NCBI GenBank assembly: GCA_043809315.1
Contig: JAZDDX010000017.1
Coordinates: forward strand, 1 to 64,000
Direction: 5' to 3'
Length of the DNA stretch: 64,000 nt
Source of the DNA: Pseudomonadota bacterium
GTDB taxonomy: Bacteria; Bdellovibrionota_G; JALEGL01; DATDPG01
Below the pieces are notes generated by a model. The model had not been told where the DNA came from. It saw nothing but the letters and a program-made list of their open reading frames with translations, and searched no databases. Shown here one piece after another: positions 40,944-50,475 of this stretch. The position numbers were made by a program, and so were the translations under genes. Each line of letters starts with the position of its first letter. Position 1 is the first letter of the stretch.

Positions 40944-41611
40944 TCGGCGAACCTGTATCCTACCCCTCGTACGGTCACGATCAGGTCTCCATACGATCCG
41001 AGCTTCTTCCGAAGCGAGGAGACGTGAACGTCGATGTTACGGTCGACGATCGAGACGTCCCCGCCGGTCATTTTTTCAATCAGCTGATCGCGTGTGAAGA
41101 CACGTCCCTGACGGGATGCCAACGCGCGGAGAAGTCGGAATTCGGCGCGGGTCAGCTGGAGTTCTTCGCCCTTCAGGTCCACACGGTGCCGGTCGGAATC
41201 GATTACGAGATCCCGGAAACGGATGACGTCGGTCTTGGCATCGCTTCGCCTCAAGACAGCCCGGACACGGGCCAGAAGTTCCTTGGGCTTGAACGGTTTC
41301 GTCACATAGTCGTCCGCGCCGAGTTCGAGCCCGCGTACGATGTCGACCTCCTCCCCTTTAGCGGTGAGCATCACCACCGGAAGAGAACGGGTTCCCACTT
41401 CACTCCGGAGCGTCTTGCAGACATCAAAGCCGCTCATTTTGGGGAGCATGAGGTCGAGAAGCAGAAGGTCCGGGCGTTCCGCCATGATCTTCTTGAGCCC
41501 CTCTTCGCCGTCCTTCGCCCACGAAACCTGAAATCCCTCCCTCTCCAGGTTGTAGCGGACGATCTCGACGATGTCGGGATGGTCCTCGACGATCAATACC
41601 CGCAACTGCAC
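40940..41611 (-). CDS. phoB: PhoB/PhoP-type OmpR response regulator
   Basis: LLDLMLP, LTAK, GADDYVTKPF, RNIDVH, TVRGVGY. Confidence 0.9.
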   Translation of the reverse strand: MQLRVLIVEDHPDIVEIVRYNLEREGFQVSWAKDGEEGLKKIMAERPDLLLLDLMLPKMSGFDVCKTLRSEVGTRSLPVVMLTAKGEEVDIVRGLELGADDYVTKPFKPKELLARVRAVLRRSDAKTDVIRFRDLVIDSDRHRVDLKGEELQLTRAEFRLLRALASRQGRVFTRDQLIEKMTGGDVSIVDRNIDVHVSSLRKKLGSYGDLIVTVRGVGYRFAE

Positions 41612-41649
41612 AGGCGCAGCCTATGGGAGAATTATAAATATTCCATAAA

Positions 41650-42762
41650 TTATGGTCCGGCGTCCTTCAGTGAGTAACTCGTGCTTCGACCACCGGCGGG
41701 ATCTTTGACCAGAATATTGCGTTCAACCAGGTCGAGAATGTCGCGATGTGCAGTATCCTGAGAACATTTCGTGAGCTTGGCCCATTTGGAGGAAGTCAGT
41801 TTTCCCTCAAAACCATCCAACAACTTATTGAGGGTCCGGCGCTGCCGATCGTTCAGCGGCATCTGGCCATACGTCTTCCAGAACTTGGCCTTGCGGAAAA
41901 CGGTCGCGAGGGCGGTTTCGGTCCCTTCCAAGGCTCGATCGAGGCAGTCCAAGAACCACTCGAGCCAATTCGTGATGTCGAGTGTGCCCTTCTGGGTCTT
42001 CTCAAGAACGTCGTAATAGGCTTTCCGCTCCTGCCGGATTTGCGCGGACATACTGTAAAAACGCTGTGAACTTTGTTCGGACCGTGCAAGCACCCAGTCG
42101 GCAATCGCGCGAGCGATACGACCGTTGCCGTCATCGAACGGATGGACCGTCACAAACCATAGGTGACCGATGGCGGCCTTTAGAACCGGGTCAACCTTCC
42201 CGGGTTGGTTGGCCCACTTGATCAACGCACCCATCTCGGAATTCAGACGATGAGCCTCCGGTGCCTCATAGTGCACTCGTTCGTGGCCGATGGGCCCGGA
42301 GACCACCTGCATGGGGCCCTCTCGATCTCTCCGCCAGGCTCCTACGGTTATTTTATGGATGCCACTACGCCCGGTGGGAAAGAGGCTGGCCTGCCAATCG
42401 AACAGGCGTTCTTTCGTCAAAGGTTTGTCAAAGTGTTGGGTGGCGTCCAGCATCATCTCCACCACGCCTTCGACATTCCGGTCGGCGGGCACCAATCCGG
42501 CAATGTCCATGCCCAGCCTCCGTGCGATCGAAGAGCGCACCTGTGTGGGATCCAGGATTTGCCCCTCGATCTCGCTCGACTTCAAAACATCGAGGGTGAG
42601 AGTTTGCAGTACCGCCTCTTTCTGAAGAGAGAATCCCAGGGCCTCCATTCGCCCGAGCAACCGCCCTTGCCGGTGGCGCACTTGAGAAAGCTTGGCAGCC
42701 AGCACATCTGGATCCCAACGAAACTCCGGCCAATCAGGACGTTCATGAATATAACGAATCAT
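41650..42762 (-). CDS. Fic family protein (N-terminal DUF4172, C-terminal wHTH)
   Basis: YIHERPDWPEFRW; HPFDDGNGRIAR; LTSSKWAK...S.DTA.RDI. Confidence 0.93.
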   Translation of the reverse strand: MIRYIHERPDWPEFRWDPDVLAAKLSQVRHRQGRLLGRMEALGFSLQKEAVLQTLTLDVLKSSEIEGQILDPTQVRSSIARRLGMDIAGLVPADRNVEGVVEMMLDATQHFDKPLTKERLFDWQASLFPTGRSGIHKITVGAWRRDREGPMQVVSGPIGHERVHYEAPEAHRLNSEMGALIKWANQPGKVDPVLKAAIGHLWFVTVHPFDDGNGRIARAIADWVLARSEQSSQRFYSMSAQIRQERKAYYDVLEKTQKGTLDITNWLEWFLDCLDRALEGTETALATVFRKAKFWKTYGQMPLNDRQRRTLNKLLDGFEGKLTSSKWAKLTKCSQDTAHRDILDLVERNILVKDPAGGRSTSYSLKDAGP

Positions 42763-42859
42763 TCTCCGCACCTCATGCGGAGATAGTAATCGCTATTCTC
42801 CGCACGTGCAAGCGTAATATCCGCATGTTGTGCGGATATTGTGACACCGATTCTCCGCA
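42761..42859. repeat. Cluster of ATTCTCCGCA/TGCGGA half-sites upstream of fic
   Basis: ATTCTCCGCA at 42761, 42795 and 42850; palindromes TCTCCGCA-N5-TGCGGAGA and AATATCCGCA-N5-TGCGGATATT. Confidence 0.8.
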
Positions 42860-42889
42860 GGTAACGATTTTAGGAGGCTAGAATAAAGT

Positions 42890-42905
42890 TGGCGGAGAGG
42901 GGGGG
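42890..42905 (-). repeat. att core copy 2 (tRNA-Ser 3' end)
   Basis: TGGCGGAGAGGGGGGG; IHF consensus AATCAATGGCTTG at 42956-42968; arm-like GTTACCGGAATGCAACCGAAA at 43024-43044. Confidence 0.85.
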
Positions 42906-43059
42906 AAGCAACGGCCTCGTCCGCAACGCCTCTTTCTAGCAGTGCTTTTCAATCGAATCAATGGCTTGATCCCGTCCGCGTTTCACTCCAAATCACGAGC
43001 CACGACAAAAATGGAGAATCCTCGTTACCGGAATGCAACCGAAATAGGGATGTGGCCTC

Positions 43060-44064
43060 GTGAGGCCCGACATTGCGCGGCCGTTCGAGGGGTTTTCCGA
43101 GCCTCGTTATACGCCCGTTCCCGACGAGTTCTTCGACGACTTGATGGTCGGCCTATCCCTGGCCGAGATCCGGCTTGTTCTCTACATCTCGAGGCGGACG
43201 TTCGGTTTCAAGAAGCGGGCCGACGCCATTTCGTTGAGCCAGATGGAGGGGGGAATCCGGCGGAAGGATGGAACGGTTCTGGATCGGGGGACCGGCCTTT
43301 CGCGTCGGTCGATTCTTCCAGCGCTGAAATCGCTGATCGAAAAGGGGATCGTCGTTCGCGAGGAGCGAAAAAACCCGGAGCACGGCTGGCAGTCTTCGGT
43401 CTACTCTCTGAGGTTCAAGGTCAAAACCGCCGCGCCCCTTGGTGAAAGCTCTTCCTCTAGGGAGGGGGAAAATGCTTCCCATACCCATGAGGAAGCCGTT
43501 TCCCCTCACAACAAGCAGGATTCAACAAACAGTTTGAACAACACCCCCTCCGTCCCCCATGTTCTGACGCGGGAATTTTACGAGGGTCTGGGACGAAAGG
43601 TCTCGCCGCAAAAGATCGAAGCGGGGGAGGGGGAGATTGAATCCCTCCTGCAGGGAGGTTTTTCCGCGGAGGAGATCCGAACGGGGATCGAACACATTGC
43701 CAAGCACTATCCCGACACTCAAACGATCTCCCGTCTCCCGTTCCTGATCGATGAGGCCTTGAGCCGACAGAGCCGAAGGCGTGAAGCGCCGCCTCAGGCG
43801 GAAGCAACCCAAAGGGAGGAGAAAACACGACAGGCCCAGATCGAGATCGATTCCCGGCACTCCGAAGAGGCCCGAACCTGGTTCGAGGGGCAGGTCGTTG
43901 AAGAGCAGGAGCGCCTCCTTGGACTTGCGCCCCAGTTTCTCTCACTTCGATCCACGAAGATCCGCTGGCTCTGGGAGAAGTGGAGGCGTTCGGAACCGGG
44001 GATCTTTTTTCCAACCCCCTTTCCCGCCCGGGAAAGCGGCCTGGAAGAGAGGAAAGGAGCATAA
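43060..44064 (+). CDS. Replication initiator, lambda-O-like N-terminal wHTH
   Basis: YTPVPDEFFD..L...E.R...YI.RRTFGF.K..D.IS.SQ...GTGLSR.S...ALK.L...G. Confidence 0.8.
   Translation: MRPDIARPFEGFSEPRYTPVPDEFFDDLMVGLSLAEIRLVLYISRRTFGFKKRADAISLSQMEGGIRRKDGTVLDRGTGLSRRSILPALKSLIEKGIVVREERKNPEHGWQSSVYSLRFKVKTAAPLGESSSSREGENASHTHEEAVSPHNKQDSTNSLNNTPSVPHVLTREFYEGLGRKVSPQKIEAGEGEIESLLQGGFSAEEIRTGIEHIAKHYPDTQTISRLPFLIDEALSRQSRRREAPPQAEATQREEKTRQAQIEIDSRHSEEARTWFEGQVVEEQERLLGLAPQFLSLRSTKIRWLWEKWRRSEPGIFFPTPFPARESGLEERKGA
43441..43548 (+). other. Putative replication origin (iterons + A-rich tract) inside rep
   Basis: Three G(G/A)(G/T)GAA-N5-TTCC units at a 24-bp period (43441, 43465, 43489), followed by an A/C-rich strand-asymmetric tract. 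Confidence 0.55.
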
Positions 44065-44067
44065 CCG

Positions 44068-45006
44068 ATGGAAACTCTAAGCCGTTTCATCAGTTCAGAA
44101 AGCCTTCCGCCCTCCGCCTTGCGACGCGACCACACCCCCTCGACGAGTAAAAAAATAGATGAGGGGTTGTGGTCCCGTCGGCGGGCTACGGGCTGGGAAA
44201 GTGAAGAGTTAAGTTGGTTGGATGAGAACATCCTGTGGTGTCTGGTTTCAGTGAGGGTGATGACAAGAGATCAGATCAAGAAGCTTTGGTATCCGAAGGG
44301 GACGATTCGGGCAGTGAATTGGAGGCTAAAGAAACTGAAGGATCGAAAGCTGATTGAAGATTTACCGGCAGGATCGATCGCTCAAGCGGTTTGGACGTTT
44401 ACGGCCAGAGGGCTTGGGGCGCTCCAAGAGGTCTTGGCCTGGAAGAGCTTGGTTCTACCGTTTGAACCTCCCATCCCCCGTCGGATCAGGGAGTCGACGA
44501 TCCGGCACCAACTGGCGGTCGCGGAGGTTTTCGTCGGTGCCATTCAAGGGGAAACGGTGAAGGCTCAGATCGACGCTCTGGCGACGATTCGCTGGCAAGA
44601 CGGGTGGAGGCGGCGGCTGGAATACACCTACGGGGCGGAGGAGAGACGCCTCTATCCGGACGTCTATTTCGGCGTTCGAGGATCGGAACGTTGGTATGCC
44701 TATCTGGAGATCGATCGGGGGACGGAGGATGGGACGGTCTTACGGGAAACGTTCGAGAAGTACGGGCAGTTCTTTTGTATCGGGCATCGCGGGGAACAGC
44801 CTCCGACGTTGATCTTCATTTGTCCGGGGGAGTCGCGCCGAGATTTCGTCCGAAAAATCTTTGAATCGGTCTCTCCGACCTACCGATCCAAGCTCCAGTC
44901 GTTTCGAGCCTTTACAATGGCGGAGAGCGTTGGGTTATTGAAGAGGTATATGGCGGTTGGTTCTTTCTTAGCCGACCTGAAGGCCGAATATCCGTCGGGT
45001 GTCTGA
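44068..45006 (+). CDS. Replication-relaxation (Replic_Relax / MOB_C-like) relaxase
   Basis: MTRDQI..LWY, RL.KL....LI, RHQLAVAEV, LYPD.....YLEIDRGTE, KY. Confidence 0.88.
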   Translation: METLSRFISSESLPPSALRRDHTPSTSKKIDEGLWSRRRATGWESEELSWLDENILWCLVSVRVMTRDQIKKLWYPKGTIRAVNWRLKKLKDRKLIEDLPAGSIAQAVWTFTARGLGALQEVLAWKSLVLPFEPPIPRRIRESTIRHQLAVAEVFVGAIQGETVKAQIDALATIRWQDGWRRRLEYTYGAEERRLYPDVYFGVRGSERWYAYLEIDRGTEDGTVLRETFEKYGQFFCIGHRGEQPPTLIFICPGESRRDFVRKIFESVSPTYRSKLQSFRAFTMAESVGLLKRYMAVGSFLADLKAEYPSGV

Positions 45007-46407
45007 TCACGATCGCGCATCTTGTTCTTTGCTTTCGGTGGATCGTTCAAGGTCTTTCAGAATCACGGCCTTCGTTTGCTCATAAAATGAGGTGGGGCTT
45101 ATAAGGCGCGCACCGGCAGAGGCCGCCAGTGCCGTGACCATCATCGGAAAGATCGCGCTGTGCCGGTCGGTCATCTCCAAAATGAGGACGAAAGAGGTCA
45201 GCGGAGCTCGCGTTACGCCGGTAAGCACCGCGATCATCCCAAGGAGCGAAAGAAGGACCGGATTCAAACCCTGCCAGAAAGACGCCATCCATGAACCTAC
45301 CGAAGCCCCCAGAGCGAGGGACGGAGCAAAGATTCCGCCGGCGCCCCCGGCCAAATACGAGGCCGACATCGAAACGAATCTGGCGGCGCTCATCCCCATC
45401 GTGCCTTGCACCTTCCCCGAGAGAATTTCCGAGATGAGTTGGTTGCCCGGACCCAGAGCATGGCGATTGGTGAGCCCCAAGAACACGACGATCAAGGAGC
45501 ACAGAAGCACAACCCGGACCAGAACGGCGTCGGCGGCCCGCTCACGAATCCACCGCTGAGATTTCACCAACAGTTGCCCGAAGAGCGCCCCGATCAAAGC
45601 GCCGACGAATCCAATTACAATGGCCGCCGGCAAATCGGCGAAGGACACGGTCCCGATCTGCGGATAGCCGAGATAAAGGTAGCTGCCGAGGAGCATCTGG
45701 GCCACCAGGCCGGCGATCAGAACCGCCATGAGGACGACGAACCGGATTCGATTGAAATGGTGCTGTGCCAGCTCTTCGATGGCATAGACGACTCCCCCGA
45801 GAGGGGTGTTGAAGGCGGCCGCAATGCCAGCCGCGGCGCCGCCGAGAATCCAGAGATCCAGCGAAATGAGCTTGGTAAAGCGCTGAAAGAACCGGCCCAC
45901 CAGATAGAAAATCGAGGCGCTGACTTGGAGCGTCGGGCCCTCCCTCCCCACCACGCCGCCCCCCATCACACACAACACCGAACTGGCGATTTTCGCGACG
46001 AGCACACGCCAGCCCAGCAGCCGAGGATACGCGACGGCGCGCGCTTTCGGATCCAGTTCGACCGCCGCCATGACCTGGGGAATCCCGCTCCCCGCCGCAT
46101 ACCGCGCCCATCGATAGACGATGAACCAAGACCCCGCGAACGTCACGGGGGTGACAAGAAGGATTGCGTATGGATAATTATGAAAAAGTTGATTCGAAAA
46201 TTTCTCGGCTAGACGAAAGAGGGTTGTATAGCCGACGGCCGCCAGTCCTGCCAAGAGCGCCGCGCCCATGAGGCCGACCTGATGAAGGGTCCCAGGTTGA
46301 CCCAAGGAAGCTCGAAGGCGTCGAAATGCGGGGCCGAACGAGCCCTGAACAAGTTTCGCAATTTTTTTCAACACGGTTTCTTTAAGAGATGAAGGCAAGT
46401 TCCTCAA
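45007..46407 (-). CDS. ClC family Cl-/H+ antiporter (no CBS domain)
   Basis: GSGIP, GREGP, AAFNTPLGG, GGIFAP; start uncertain. Confidence 0.92.
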   Translation of the reverse strand: MRNLPSSLKETVLKKIAKLVQGSFGPAFRRLRASLGQPGTLHQVGLMGAALLAGLAAVGYTTLFRLAEKFSNQLFHNYPYAILLVTPVTFAGSWFIVYRWARYAAGSGIPQVMAAVELDPKARAVAYPRLLGWRVLVAKIASSVLCVMGGGVVGREGPTLQVSASIFYLVGRFFQRFTKLISLDLWILGGAAAGIAAAFNTPLGGVVYAIEELAQHHFNRIRFVVLMAVLIAGLVAQMLLGSYLYLGYPQIGTVSFADLPAAIVIGFVGALIGALFGQLLVKSQRWIRERAADAVLVRVVLLCSLIVVFLGLTNRHALGPGNQLISEILSGKVQGTMGMSAARFVSMSASYLAGGAGGIFAPSLALGASVGSWMASFWQGLNPVLLSLLGMIAVLTGVTRAPLTSFVLILEMTDRHSAIFPMMVTALAASAGARLISPTSFYEQTKAVILKDLERSTESKEQDARS

Positions 46408-48577
46408 GCAACTCCGTCACCTCCTGCGGGTTTTCGAGGTAGTAACGGGCACAGGAGTCCACCGGGTTCCCGACTCGACACCCCCAGGCTTCGGGCGGAA
46501 GAACCGCAAACATGTCCTCGTCGGTTCGGTCGTCGCCGACGCATAGAATGAATTCCGGCGCCTGAGCCTGACGGCCAAGGATATCAGACACCAACGACCC
46601 CTTGTCGATCCCCTGGGGACGAACTTCAATAACCTTGTGCCCCTGGACCACCCGAACGGGAAGGTTGGAAAGGGCACCGTCCAGATACAGTGACAACTCC
46701 AGGGCTTGCCAATCGCCGAACTGCTCGTCCGCCTCCCGGTAATGCCAAGCCAGTCCCAGCTGTTTCCGCTCGATCGACGACCCCGGCACACGGCGGGTGT
46801 AGTCCTCGAGGATCTTTTCAACCGTCGGTATCCAGTCGGCCTTTACCTCACGGTGCTTGCGCCATTCGGCGGAGCCGCTCAATTTCAAAAAGAGGCCATG
46901 CTCGGCGGCCAAGTTCGCGTGGAAGGAAGAAAACCAGAGGTCCATCTCCTCGGTCTTCCTCCCGCTGATTAGATAGAGATGGTTCTTGGGTTCGGACGCC
47001 AGCGTCGAAAGGATGTTGAGCAGGTGTTCCGGCGGACGTGCCTCGGATGGGCGTCTCAAGAAAGGGACCAGGGTTCCGTCGTAATCCAGAAATAAGAAGC
47101 GCTGAGGAGCTCGCTGCCACTGACGGCGCAGCCGTATGAAATCGGTCATCAGGTCAATGGCGGCCCCCTCCGGTCTCCCCTTTTCGGATGTCAGGTCACG
47201 CAAGAACCGTCGTGCCCAGCCCAGGGAGTGAAAGTTTCGAACGTACGTGAAGTTGTGAACCGCGCGGCTGGCCCGTTCGTTGGTCTCCATGGTGAGCGCC
47301 CTTGAGATCGCGTTGGCGGTCTGAACCGCATCCCAGGGGTTCACGAACAACGAGCCCCCCATTGAACTTGCTGCGCCGGCGAACTCGCTCAAGACCAGGA
47401 CACCATGCCGGTCTTTCTGACAGGCCGCGTACTCCAAGGCGACCAGGTTCATCCCGTCTCTTACGGACGTCACAAGCAGTACGTCTGCCCTCTCATAAAG
47501 CGCGCAGAGCTCGGGGAACCCGATCTCGTGCGCGACGTACTGAATCGGCGAATGCTGGGCGTCGCCGAAACGTCCGTTGATCCGTCCCACCAGTTGGTCA
47601 ACCTCGCCCTTGAGCTGTTGATACTCTTTCACGGCGAGACGGGAGGGAATTCCGACCTGAATGAGAACGACTTTTCCCCGCCATTCCGGGTGGGTTTCGA
47701 GAAACACTTCGAACGCCCGCAGTTTCAGAGGCAATCCCTTGCTGTAGTCGATCCGGTCGACCCCCAGCACGATCTTTATGTCGGTGTACTTCTGTGCCAA
47801 CGCCTGACGGTTCGGCTCGATGTCACCGCCTTGAAGCATCTGATGAAATGGAGCGGCGTTGATACCGATCGGATAGCTCCCATATCGAATCTGCCTCCCC
47901 TCGTAACGAATCTGGGTGGGCTGTGATTCGGCTCCTAGGATTCGAAGACAACTGTTTGCAAAATAACGAGCATAATCGTGGGTGTGAAAGCCGATGAGGT
48001 CGCTCCCCATCAGGCCGAGCAAAATCTCCCGCCGGACCGGAAGCAAGCGATAAATCTCCGACGCGGGGAACGGGATGTGAAGGAAGAAGCCGATCTTCAA
48101 TCCGGGGTGTTTGGCCCGTAACAGCGCGGGGAGCAGCATGAGGTGGTAGTCGTGAATCCAAACCGTCGATTGTTCACCGCAGGAATCCAGAACCACCTTG
48201 GCGAAGGTCTCGTTCACCCGTTGGTACTCGTCCCAATACGGAAGGCCGAAATCGACTCTGCCGGGGAGGTAGTGAAAGAGCGGCCAAAGAACGGAGTTGC
48301 AGAATCCATCATAGAAGTGGTCGACCTGGTTCGCCTCGAGAAACACGGGAAGGTATCCAAGCCCCGTTTCCAAGAGAGAGCAGACCTCCCCTTCCTCTAC
48401 CTTGGGAACGATCGTCCCCGGCCAACCGATCCAACGAAACTCCAACTCGCTCTTGACTCCGGCCAGAGCGGAAACCAGTCCCCCGGAACTCGGCTGAGCC
48501 TTCCAGGAGCCTCCCTCGTGGTGGATCTGCACGGGAAGCCGGTTGGAAACGACGATCAGAGAACCGGTCGATTTCAT
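46382..48577 (-). CDS. Bifunctional trehalose-6-phosphate synthase/phosphatase (OtsA-OtsB fusion)
   Basis: VSNRLP, SSGGLV, WIHDYHL, DGMNLV; HAD motifs FLDYDGTL and GDDRTDED. Confidence 0.95.
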   Translation of the reverse strand: MKSTGSLIVVSNRLPVQIHHEGGSWKAQPSSGGLVSALAGVKSELEFRWIGWPGTIVPKVEEGEVCSLLETGLGYLPVFLEANQVDHFYDGFCNSVLWPLFHYLPGRVDFGLPYWDEYQRVNETFAKVVLDSCGEQSTVWIHDYHLMLLPALLRAKHPGLKIGFFLHIPFPASEIYRLLPVRREILLGLMGSDLIGFHTHDYARYFANSCLRILGAESQPTQIRYEGRQIRYGSYPIGINAAPFHQMLQGGDIEPNRQALAQKYTDIKIVLGVDRIDYSKGLPLKLRAFEVFLETHPEWRGKVVLIQVGIPSRLAVKEYQQLKGEVDQLVGRINGRFGDAQHSPIQYVAHEIGFPELCALYERADVLLVTSVRDGMNLVALEYAACQKDRHGVLVLSEFAGAASSMGGSLFVNPWDAVQTANAISRALTMETNERASRAVHNFTYVRNFHSLGWARRFLRDLTSEKGRPEGAAIDLMTDFIRLRRQWQRAPQRFLFLDYDGTLVPFLRRPSEARPPEHLLNILSTLASEPKNHLYLISGRKTEEMDLWFSSFHANLAAEHGLFLKLSGSAEWRKHREVKADWIPTVEKILEDYTRRVPGSSIERKQLGLAWHYREADEQFGDWQALELSLYLDGALSNLPVRVVQGHKVIEVRPQGIDKGSLVSDILGRQAQAPEFILCVGDDRTDEDMFAVLPPEAWGCRVGNPVDSCARYYLENPQEVTELLEELAFIS

Positions 48578-48590
48578 AGGTTTGGACCTT

Positions 48591-50405
48591 CTACGTCCAG
48601 GCGCGGAACTTCGCATCCCGCGCCTCCAAGAGTTCACCGATCGTGATCGCCGCGTGAATCAAACCGACGTGGGTGTAGGCCTGGGGGAAGTTTCCGAGGA
48701 GCGTGCCGGTGCCCGGATCGACATCCTCCGAGAAAAGGCCCAGCGGGTTCGCGTAACCGGTAATCCGATGGAACACCTCGACCGCCTTGTCCAGCTCCCC
48801 CATCATCGCGAGGGCCTCCGCCCACCAGAACGAGCAGATGAGGAAGGCGGACTTGGTCTCTCCGAAATCATCCGGATGCACGTACCGAAGCATGACGCCA
48901 TTTCGGACCAACATCTTTTCGTACTCCCGTACGGTCGAAACAAAGCGCGGATCTTTTGCGTCGATGATTCCGAGGGTGGGTAACAGCAGGAGTGAGGCAT
49001 CCGCAAAATGCCCCTCAAAAGCCTGCGTGAAAAATCCTTTCTCCGCCTGATAGCCACGGCGAAGAATCTCCTCTGCGGTCGTATGGGCCCACGATTCCCA
49101 ACGGTCAGCTTGTTCGACCATCCCCATCCGTCGGGCGAGTTCGGCGCCACGATGCGCTGCCACCCAACAAAGCACTTTCGAGAACGTGTAATGGCGGAGA
49201 CGCGTTCGGAACTCCCAGGGGCCGGTGTCCTCGAGGGGGTACACGTTCATGGCTTGTTCCACGAGGCGTTCCACCAAACGCCGGGACGCCTCGCCGTCTT
49301 CGGAGACCAGGCGCGGGTCCGTCAAGAGCGTCTCTAGACAGAGAATCATCTCCCCCATCAGATCGTTTTGGGCCTGTTGGTACGCCGCGTTTCCGATCCG
49401 GACCGGCTTTGTCCGTCCAAACCCGCTCAGATGATCGAGGTGTTCTTCGGGAAGGTCCCGTTCGCCACCGATACCGTAGACCGCCTGAAGCGGACCGTTC
49501 TCCGCCACGTTCCGTAGAAACCGGACGAAAGCCTCCCCTTCCGCCAGATGACTCAGGCGACGGAGAGCCTCCACCACGAAGGCCGCATCCCGAAGCCAGC
49601 AATAGCGGTAATCCCAGGTTCTCTCGGTGTTCAGGGCTTCGGGAATGCTCGTTGTCGCTGCAGCGATGATCGCCCCGGTATCTCGGTAAGCGTGCAGTTT
49701 GAGGCAGAGCGCCGAACGAAGAACATGTTCGGCGGCAAAAGAGGGGAGGGCGCATGTCTTAGTCCATGTTCGCCACCCGGCGATCGTAAGATTCAAGGCA
49801 TGCTGGGCGCTGGCGATCGAGTCCAGATCGGACTGCCTGCCGTAGCTCAAGACGAAAAACCACGGCTGTTCGACCCTCAGGGGTTGCCGATTGAGGACGT
49901 GTGCCAGAGGGATGTTCGTCCGGAGGTAGATCGGAGCGGATCCTCCGTGCACTTCGATCATGTCCCCCGCCGGAATGAGACCTACCTCGCTCCGACCGTA
50001 ATTCGGTTTCGGGTCGAACTCTACCTGGAGACGCACGGCCCCCTTGATCGGTCGGACCAGCCGACAGATCTCCGCGGGGGTGTCGGACGTCAGGCCTTTC
50101 GGAATCCGCGGGGCGAAATCGAAGATCTCGCACTCGCCGTCATCCGTCGTGAGACGAGTCCGAAGAACGTTGGTGTTTCGAACATACTCCATGGAACAGG
50201 TTGCATCCCGACCGACCGGCGCCAGAGCCCAGGACCCACCTTTGAGAGGGTCGAGAATCGAGGCGAACACCGAAGGGGAGTCGAAACGGGGCATACAAAG
50301 CCACTCGATCCGCGTGTCGGGCGCCACGAGCGCGAGGCATTGCCCGTTCCCGATCGCCCCGTGATCGAGACGTGGAGCCAAGGCGATTTCCGTCTTGTCC
50401 GGCAT
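48591..50405 (-). CDS. Glycoside hydrolase family 15 (probable trehalase)
   Basis: PRFDSPSVF, AAATTSIPE, WDYRYCWLRD, WEFR, LGNFPQAYTH. Confidence 0.93.
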   Translation of the reverse strand: MPDKTEIALAPRLDHGAIGNGQCLALVAPDTRIEWLCMPRFDSPSVFASILDPLKGGSWALAPVGRDATCSMEYVRNTNVLRTRLTTDDGECEIFDFAPRIPKGLTSDTPAEICRLVRPIKGAVRLQVEFDPKPNYGRSEVGLIPAGDMIEVHGGSAPIYLRTNIPLAHVLNRQPLRVEQPWFFVLSYGRQSDLDSIASAQHALNLTIAGWRTWTKTCALPSFAAEHVLRSALCLKLHAYRDTGAIIAAATTSIPEALNTERTWDYRYCWLRDAAFVVEALRRLSHLAEGEAFVRFLRNVAENGPLQAVYGIGGERDLPEEHLDHLSGFGRTKPVRIGNAAYQQAQNDLMGEMILCLETLLTDPRLVSEDGEASRRLVERLVEQAMNVYPLEDTGPWEFRTRLRHYTFSKVLCWVAAHRGAELARRMGMVEQADRWESWAHTTAEEILRRGYQAEKGFFTQAFEGHFADASLLLLPTLGIIDAKDPRFVSTVREYEKMLVRNGVMLRYVHPDDFGETKSAFLICSFWWAEALAMMGELDKAVEVFHRITGYANPLGLFSEDVDPGTGTLLGNFPQAYTHVGLIHAAITIGELLEARDAKFRAWT

Positions 50406-50475
50406 GGAATTTAATTCGGGCGTACCGTATCATAAGATTGACAGTTTGGGTAAAACGAATTATCTGGAAAGCGCC

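Larger units (their letters stand above)
32986..42905. mobile_element. Island A: Pho/Pst phosphate-uptake island without an integrase
   Basis: Bounded by direct att repeats; contains porin, pstSCABB, phoU, phoRB and fic. Confidence 0.7.

Noticed and set aside
42761-42859. CRISPR array
   Set aside because: Repeats are only 10 bp, irregularly spaced and in both orientations; no cas genes in the window
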